Origin: Planktothrix sp. GU0601_MAG3
GTDB taxonomy: Bacteria > Cyanobacteriota > Cyanobacteriia > Cyanobacteriales > Microcoleaceae
Assembly (NCBI GenBank): GCA_035193785.1
Contig: CP136572.1
Span: 736,001-800,000, forward strand
DNA length: 64,000 nucleotides
Direction: 5' to 3'
Numbering within the stretch: the first letter of the stretch is position 1; each line of letters opens with the position of its first letter. Positions 56,844 through 64,000 of this stretch are shown piece after piece. Both the position numbers and the translations under genes were made by a program. Below the pieces are notes generated by a model. It ran no database searches. It saw nothing but the letters and a program-made list of their open reading frames with translations, and had not been told where the DNA came from.

Positions 56844-56914
56844 AAAAAACTTTAAACAGGGGGTTGACCTTTGGGAAAGAGTTGTGTTAACCTAGTAAAC
56901 TGTGAATCGAATAA

Positions 56915-56987
56915 GGCTCAGTAGCTCAGTGGTTAGAGCAGGGGACTCATAAGCCCAAGGTCGCAGGTTCAAATCCCGCCTGAGCCA
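56915..56987 (+). tRNA. tRNA with CAT anticodon, likely elongator tRNA-Met
   Basis: GGCTCAG/CTGAGCC paired acceptor stem (not initiator type); CT-CAT-AA loop; GGTTCAAATCC; TTGACC -35-like box at 56864. Confidence 0.93.
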
Positions 56988-57033
56988 TTTCTAGCTTTTT
57001 GGAAAAGGATAATTTCTTTCCCGTCTATTTATG

Positions 57034-57367
57034 TTATGAATTCCACATTCCTTGGGAACCCTGACCCCAGAAACCATCATATTTTTTAACTTTGATATCC
57101 CCCAAAACTTGAACCTGACAGGCTAAACGGCGGGTGCTACCGGAGGAATGGGGAGGAAGGGAAAGGCGGGTTTTTTCTTTCCATTGGGGTTCGGAAACTT
57201 CCCCTTCAATTTCCACGCAACAAGTCCCACAAGTCCCGAAACCCGTGACAGTTAATCAGGGAGGCTTGACCATTGTAGAGATCAATTCCATTCTCTAATA
57301 AAACTTTACGGAGATTAGCACCGCGATCGCAAGTAATTGTTTTCCCTTGAGCTTGAATTTGTACCAT
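57034..57367 (-). CDS. [2Fe-2S] ferredoxin-like protein (1 apparent frameshift at 57238-57242)
   Basis: GANLRKVLL; repair gives NCHGFGTCGTC; RLACQ; KYDGFWGQ. Confidence 0.85.
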
Positions 57368-57597
57368 GTTTCCCTTGATGAAAGTGATGCAATAATTCTT
57401 AACTGAATTCTGACTTTTTTTCAAGCCCAAAACGAGATATTTAAAAGTAAAATAATAGTGAAAAATAAAAAGGTTAGCTGGGATGGACGATTAGAAGCCC
57501 GTAGAGGTCGCAGCAGCAAGCCCTAACGCTAAAATATGATGAAATACTGATATTTGTGGCACTGTCAATTAATTGTTAACGATAAATCTTATTAGCC

Positions 57598-59218
57598 ATG
57601 ACTCACCAACTTTGTATTTATGATACCACATTAAGAGACGGTGCTCAACGGGAAGGATTATCCCTATCTCTTGATGATAAATTGCGAATTGCGCGTCAAT
57701 TGGATAGTTTAGGAATCCCTTTTATTGAAGGCGGATGGCCGGGGGCAAATCCTAAAGATGTGCAGTTTTTTTGGAAGTTGCAAGAACAACCCTTAGTTAA
57801 TTCGGAAGTGGTGGCATTTTGTTCCACCCGACGACCGAATAGTAATGCAGCCGAAGATGATAATTTAAAAGCAATTTTATCGGCGGGAAACACGTTGGAT
57901 AACGTTATTTGGGAAATCCTGGGATTTGCACGTTATCGAAGGATTGCAAACTACCCTAACGGAAAACCTGGCGATGATTGCCGATACTATTCAGTTTTTT
58001 AGGAGTCAGGGAAGACGGGTTATTTATGATGCGGAACATTGGTTTGATGGCTATAAAAATAATCCTGATTATGCCTTACAAACCCTAATAACGGCAGCCC
58101 AGGCGGGGGCGGAATGGTTGGTTTTTTGTGATACCAATGGCGGGACTTTACCCCATGAAGTGACTCAAATTGTGCGGGATGCTATCCAAGCCACAAAAGA
58201 CCTAGAAACCCCTTTTCCTTTGCAATTTGGGATTCATAGTCATAATGATTCGGGAACGGCTATTGGGAATGCGATCGCCGCCGTATTAGAAGGAGTCACG
58301 ATGGTACAGGGAACCATTAATGGCTATGGAGAACGCTGTGGAAATGCCAATCTTTGTACCTTAATTCCCAATTTCCAGTTAAAATTAGACTATAATTGTA
58401 TTAAAGATGAACAGATCAAAAGACTAACAGAAGTAAGTCGTTTTGTGAGTGAAGTCGCCAATTTAGCCCCGGATGATCATGCACCTTTTGTGGGATTATC
58501 TGCTTTTTCCCATAAGGGCGGAATTCATGTTTCGGCGGTACAAAAAAATCCCCTCACCTATGAACATATCCCCCCGGAAACCATTGGCAATCAACGGCGA
58601 ATTGTGGTTTCCGATCAAGCGGGTTTAAGTAATGTTTTAGCCAAAGCTAGAACCTTTGGGATTGATTTAGATCGGAATAATCCCGCCAGTCGTAAAATTT
58701 TACAACAACTGAAGAGTTTAGAAAATCAGGGTTATCAATTTGAAGCGGCGGAGGCAAGTTTTGATTTATTAATGCGGGAAGCATTAGGAACACGCAAAGG
58801 CTTTTTTACCCTAAAAGGATTTCAGGTACATTGTGATAAATCTAGTGATGAAGTTTGCCATGCTTTAGCAACGGTGAAAGTAGCTGTTAATGGTCAAGAT
58901 ATCTTAGAAGCCGCCGAGGGAAACGGCCCCGTATCGGCTTTAGATGCTGCTTTAAGAAAAGCCTTGGTAAATTTTTATCCGATGATTGCCGAATTTCAAC
59001 TGCGAGATTATAAAGTTAGAATTCTCGATGGCGGTTCGGGCACATCGGCAAAAACTCGGGTTTTAGTTGAGTCCAGTAACGGTCAGCAACGCTGGACAAC
59101 GGTGGGAGTTTCTACTAATATTATTGATGCCTCCTATCAAGCGGTTGTGGAAGGTTTAGAATATGGTTTATTACTGAAACAGCAGGAAACTCCGGTTAGT
59201 GTGGTTGCAGTAATTTAA
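57598..59218 (+). CDS. cimA: Citramalate synthase (1 apparent frameshift at 57887-57891)
   Basis: YDTTLRDGAQREG, GGWPGANPKD, YDAEHWFDGY, HSHNDSG, GERCGNANL, HKGGIH. Confidence 0.9.
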
Positions 59219-59276
59219 CCTGGGCTGAGTTTAAATTCATCATTCTCCCCATCCCTTAATTTTAAAGGTGGGGATT

Positions 59277-59490
59277 TTCCTATTCCCTATTCCCTATTCC
59301 CTATTCCCTATTCCCTATTCCCTATTCCCTATTCCCTATTCCCTATTCCCTATTCCCTATTCCCTATTCCCTATTCCCTATTCCCTATTCCCTATTCCCT
59401 ATTCCCTATTCCCTATTCCCTATTCCCTATTCCCTATTCCCTATTCCCTATTCCCTGTTCCCTATTCCCTGTTCCCTGTTCCCTGTTCCC
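59277..59490. repeat. STRR heptamer TTCCCT(A/G) x~30
   Basis: Long near-perfect tandem tract. Confidence 0.95.
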
Positions 59491-59669
59491 TTTTAACCAT
59501 TTTACTTTTATAAAATTTAATAAAAAATATAGTTTTTCTTTTATAAAACTGCTTTATCATGGAGGCATAGATTTTATAGCAAAAATAAAACAATAATTTA
59601 TTCCAGAATCATCCTTTTGTTGGGTTAATTAATCCGCAACCGAGAGTTTATAATTCTCAGGAGAAAGAT

Positions 59670-61511
59670 ATGCAAAATCAACAACAAGTTTCAGGCGCGT
59701 TTGCCTTAGTTGATAGTCTAAAACGTCATGGTGTTAAACATATTTTTGGCTATCCCGGCGGGGCAAATTTACCGATTTATGACGAACTTTATCGAGCAGA
59801 ACAGGCGGGAGATTTACAACATATTCTAGTCCGCCATGAACAAGCCGCCGCCCACGCCGCCGATGGTTATGCCCGGGCAACGGGTCGGGTGGGGGTCTGT
59901 TTGGCAACCTCTGGCCCCGGGGCTACCAACCTAGTCACGGGCTTGGCGACGGCTTACATGGACTCCGTGGCGATGGTGGCAATTACCGGACAGGTGCCCC
60001 GGGGGTCTTTAGGGAGTGACGCCTTCCAAGAAATTGATATTTATGGAATCACTTTACCCATTGTTAAACACTCTTATTTAGTGAGAAATCCGGCGGATAT
60101 TTCTCGGATTGTGGCGGAAGCCTTTCACTTAGCCAATAGTGGCAGACCTGGGCCAGTTTTAATTGATATTCCCAAGGATGTGGGCATTGCTAAAATTAAT
60201 TATCGTCCCGTCGAACCGGGTCAAGTGAAACTAAGTGGATATAAGCCAACGGTCAAAGGAAATCCCCGCCAAATTCATCAAGCCTTAGAGTTAATTCAAC
60301 AGGCAAAAAAACCCCTATTATATGTCGGTGGGGGAGCAATTATTAGTAATTCCCATGCCGAAATTCAAGAACTCGTAGAACGATTTCAAATTCCGGTGAC
60401 GACGACTTTAATGGGGAAAGGAATATTCAATGAAAATCATCCTTTATGTTTAGGAATGTTGGGAATGCACGGTACAGCATACTCTAATTTTGCCGTGGCT
60501 GAATGTGATTTATTAATTGCTTTAGGGGTGAGGTTTGATGACCGAGTGGCGAGTCAAGGCAATGACTTTGCGAAAAATGCGAAAGTGATTCATATTGATA
60601 TTGATCCGGCGGAAGTGGGAAAAACACGCCAACCCGATGTTCCCATTGTCGGAGATGTGCGTCAAGTTTTAGTTGATTTATTGCGTCATGCCCATGAGTT
60701 GGGAGATAGTATTGATCCCGAAAAAAACAATAGTTGGTGTGAACATTTAGCCCAACTGCGATTAGAATATCCCCTGGAAATTTCCCAACCAGAAACGGGA
60801 ATTTCTCCTCAAGAAGTGATTGTAGAAATTTCTCGCCAAGCTCCCGATGCTTTCTATACCACCGATGTTGGACAGCATCAAATGTGGTCGGCTCAATTCC
60901 TCAAAACCGGGCCGCGACGGTGGATTTCTAGCGGGGGTTTAGGAACCATGGGCTATGGACTTCCGGCGGCGGTGGGGGTAAAAATTGCCCTCCCCCATGA
61001 ACAGGTAATTTGTATTAGTGGGGATGGGAGTTTTCAGATGAATATGCAGGAATTGGGAACTATTTCCCAATATAATGTGGGGCTGAAAGTGGTTATTTTA
61101 AATAATGGTTGGTTGGGGATGGTGCGCCAGTGGCAACATTTATTTTATGGCGATCGCTATGAAGCCACCAATTTAGAAAAAGGCAGTCCCAATTTTGCTA
61201 AATTAGCCGATGTTTATAATATTAAATCCCTGAATATTTCCCGACGGGAAGATTTAGCAGGGGCGATCGCGGAATTATTAGCTAATGACGGCCCCATGTT
61301 ATTAGATGTGCGGGTGACTCGTACTGAAGACTGTTTCCCCATGGTGGCTCCAGGTCATGGAAATAATGATATGATGGGTTTAAAACCAGCGATTCCCCAA
61401 ACCAATCCTCAAGTATTGGTGTGTCCAACTTGTGGGACACCGAACCCGATTAATCACAAATGTTGTTCAGAATGTGGAGCGCAATTAATAACGGATTTCG
61501 TGTTAGCTTAG
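59670..61511 (+). CDS. ilvB: Acetolactate synthase large subunit (biosynthetic) with C-terminal zinc-ribbon tail
   Basis: [52 protein letters not shown]; tail CPTC...CSEC. Confidence 0.92.
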   Translation: MQNQQQVSGAFALVDSLKRHGVKHIFGYPGGANLPIYDELYRAEQAGDLQHILVRHEQAAAHAADGYARATGRVGVCLATSGPGATNLVTGLATAYMDSVAMVAITGQVPRGSLGSDAFQEIDIYGITLPIVKHSYLVRNPADISRIVAEAFHLANSGRPGPVLIDIPKDVGIAKINYRPVEPGQVKLSGYKPTVKGNPRQIHQALELIQQAKKPLLYVGGGAIISNSHAEIQELVERFQIPVTTTLMGKGIFNENHPLCLGMLGMHGTAYSNFAVAECDLLIALGVRFDDRVASQGNDFAKNAKVIHIDIDPAEVGKTRQPDVPIVGDVRQVLVDLLRHAHELGDSIDPEKNNSWCEHLAQLRLEYPLEISQPETGISPQEVIVEISRQAPDAFYTTDVGQHQMWSAQFLKTGPRRWISSGGLGTMGYGLPAAVGVKIALPHEQVICISGDGSFQMNMQELGTISQYNVGLKVVILNNGWLGMVRQWQHLFYGDRYEATNLEKGSPNFAKLADVYNIKSLNISRREDLAGAIAELLANDGPMLLDVRVTRTEDCFPMVAPGHGNNDMMGLKPAIPQTNPQVLVCPTCGTPNPINHKCCSECGAQLITDFVLA

Positions 61512-61550
61512 ATCCTATAGAAATAGAACCCATTATTAAACTTAAAAACC

Positions 61551-63082
61551 ATGTTAGCCAGGGTTTGGAGTGCCTCTATTATTGGAATTGATGCGGTTAA
61601 GGTCGGGGTGGAAGTTGATATTTCCGGGGGACTGCCTAAAATTATGGTGTTGGGACTTCCCGATGCGGCGGTTCAAGAATCACGAGAAACGGGTAAAAGC
61701 AACTTTAAAAAATGCCGGATACGCTTTTCCGATGCGAAATATTGTAATTAATTTAACTCCGGCGGATTTACGCAAAGAAGGGCCGAGTTTTGACCTCCCA
61801 ATTAGTCTTGGGATTTTAGCCGCATCCGAACAAATTAAGGCTGATTTATTGGGGGATTTTTTATTTTTAGGAGAGGTGAGTTTAGATGGTGGGTTAAGAC
61901 CCGTTGCTGGGGTACTTCCGATTGCCGTAGCAGCCCAAAAAATGGGAATTACCGGGTTAGTTGTTCCTGAAGATAATGTTCAAGAAGCGGCCGTTGTGCA
62001 GGGATTATCGGTTTATGGATTTAAAAGTTTATTAGATGTGACGGATTTTTTAAATCATCCCAGCGCCTATCAACCTGTTAAATTAACTGCATTGGATTTA
62101 TTATCTCAAAAAACAACAATTGGCTTAGATTTAAGTGAAGTTAAAGGACAAGCCCACGCTAGACGGGCGTTAGAAATTGCTGCCACCGGAGGACATAATT
62201 TAATTTTTGTCGGGCCGCCGGGGAGTGGAAAAACTATGTTAGCCCGACGTTTACCCGGAATTTTACCCCCGTTAAGTTTTGAAGAATCCTTAGAAGTAAC
62301 TCGGATTTATTCGGTGGCGGGACTATTAAAAAATCGCGGAACTTTGGTAAGCGATCGCCCCTTTAGAAGTCCCCATCATTCCGCTTCCGGCCCGGCGTTA
62401 GTTGGGGGCGGAACCTATCCCAAACCCGGGGAGATTTCTTTAGCCCATCGGGGGATTTTGTTCGCCGATGAATTAACCGAATTTAAACGGGATGTATTAG
62501 AGTTTTTAAGACAACCTTTAGAGGATGGATTTGTGACGGTTTCTCGCACTAAACAATCGGTAATTTTTCCAGCTAAATTTACCTTAGTAGCGAGTACCAA
62601 TCCCTGTCCCTGTGGATATTATGGGGATACTATTCAACCTTGTACCTGTTCGCCTCGTCAACGAGAACAATATTGGGCAAAATTATCAGGGCCATTGATG
62701 GATCGGATTGATTTACAAGTGGCAGTTAATCGATTAAAACCGGAGGAAATTTTACAACAATCTCAAGGTGAAAATTCGGCTAATATTCGACAACGAGTAA
62801 TTACAGCCAGGGAACGAACTTTTCAACGATTTGAAGACGAACCCCAGCTAAAATCAAATGCGGAAATGCAGAGTCGCCATATTCAAAAATGGTGTCAATT
62901 GGATAAGGTCGGACAGAGTTTATTAGAAAATGCGATTAGGAAATTAGGGTTATCAGCAAGGGCGAGTGATCGGATTTTAAAGGTAGGTCGAACTATTGCT
63001 GATTTATCGGGGGAAGATGATATTAAACCAGCCCATGTTGCGGAGGCTATTCAATACCGAAACTATTGATCGAATGCAGTAA
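61551..63082 (+). CDS. comM: YifB/ComM family Mg-chelatase-like AAA+ ATPase (2 apparent frameshifts)
   Basis: GLPDAAVQES, NLTPADLRKEG, GPPGSGKT, PFRSPHH, NPCPCG, SGPLMDRID; breaks at 61686-61690 and 63059-63063; repaired end YRTIDRMQ*. Confidence 0.88.
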
Positions 63083-63209
63083 ATTGTAGGGGGAATTTGT
63101 TGTCATTCCGTCTTTTACGGATTACTATTGTTTATAGGTAGCAAACATTTAGGACTTAAAACAATAGCGGCGGTTTCCTCTATACCCGGCAAAATTTCCT
63201 GTTTATCCT

Positions 63210-64000
63210 ATGTCCTATTCCATTTATCAAGTGGGTGGGAGTTTACCTGTCGATGCTCCGACCTATATTAAACGACAAGCGGATGAAGACCTGTATCAAG
63301 CCTTAAAAGCTGGAGAGTTTTGTTATGTGTTAAACTCCCGACAAATGGGAAAATCTTCCTTGCGAGTCCGCACAATGCAACGGTTACAAGATGCAGGGGT
63401 TTTATGTGTTTCTATTGATTTAACAGCTATTGGGACGGCGGATATTACATCGGAAGAATGGTATGCGGGAATTATTGATAGTATTGTTAGTAGTTTGAAT
63501 TTATATGATAATTTTGATTTAGATGAATGGTGGACTAAAAATCAACAGTTATCGAATGTGAGACGCTGGTATAAATTTATTGACGATATATTATTACCCT
63601 CTACTTCAAAAAATATTGTTGTTTTTATTGATGAAATTGATAGTGTTTTAAGTTTAAAATTTTCCGTTGATGATTTTTTTGCCTTAATTCGTTCCTGTTA
63701 TAATCAACGGGTAGATCAACCCGAATATAAACGTTTAACCTTTGCTTTATTAGGTGTCGCTACCCCTTCCGATTTAATCAAAGATAAAACTCGAACACCC
63801 TTTAATATTGGTTGCGCTATTTCCTTAGAAGGATTTCAATTATCAGAAACGTTACCTTTAGTACCCGGTTTAGCAATAAAAAGTCAAAATCCTAAAAAAG
63901 TCATAGCAGAAATCCTAAATTGGACGGGAGGACAACCGTTTTTAACCCAAAAAGTTTGTAATTTAGTTTTAAATAAAATTACTAATATTGTTGAAGGGGA
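63210..64000 (+). CDS. AAA_35-type ATPase domain protein, truncated by the window end
   Basis: Read from sequence: [25 protein letters not shown], Walker [10 protein letters not shown], Walker [26 protein letters not shown]. Confidence 0.85.
   Translation, partial: MSYSIYQVGGSLPVDAPTYIKRQADEDLYQALKAGEFCYVLNSRQMGKSSLRVRTMQRLQDAGVLCVSIDLTAIGTADITSEEWYAGIIDSIVSSLNLYDNFDLDEWWTKNQQLSNVRRWYKFIDDILLPSTSKNIVVFIDEIDSVLSLKFSVDDFFALIRSCYNQRVDQPEYKRLTFALLGVATPSDLIKDKTRTPFNIGCAISLEGFQLSETLPLVPGLAIKSQNPKKVIAEILNWTGGQPFLTQKVCNLVLNKITNIVEG

Noticed and set aside
59268..59513. ORF encoding (FPIPYSL)n
   Set aside because: Translation of a heptamer STRR; no evidence it is a gene

Overview
Chromosomal segment of a filamentous cyanobacterium. 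It is Oscillatoriales/Planktothrix-like by inference from frequent HIP1 GCGATCGC octamers, heptamer STRR repeats, ndhB and the OGDC-SSADH TCA shunt. Content is mostly housekeeping and signalling genes (purL, purF, tadA, hemW, lipA, ndhB, gabD, ggt, gshA, trmL, cimA, ilvB, comM-like, kinases) plus 3 tRNAs, one complete IS200/IS605 element (tnpA+tnpB), a LAGLIDADG intein in purL, and many REP/MITE/STRR repeats. The most striking pattern is that about 26 reading-frame breaks in about 22 genes can each be repaired by removing an extra A/T (two at one site) from GAAAC/GTTTC to restore GAAC/GTTC. This motif-specific error signature suggests a DNA modification at GAAC/GTTC, the known Dnd phosphorothioation motif, rather than real pseudogenes. 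Other candidates are a possible stand-alone TnpB omega-RNA remnant with its own promoter, a PhoD-like protein with systematically lost metal ligands, a REP-mosaic array behind tRNA-Asp, and a hypervariable double WD40 propeller kinase. Gene calls rest on motif recognition only; no database searches were run.
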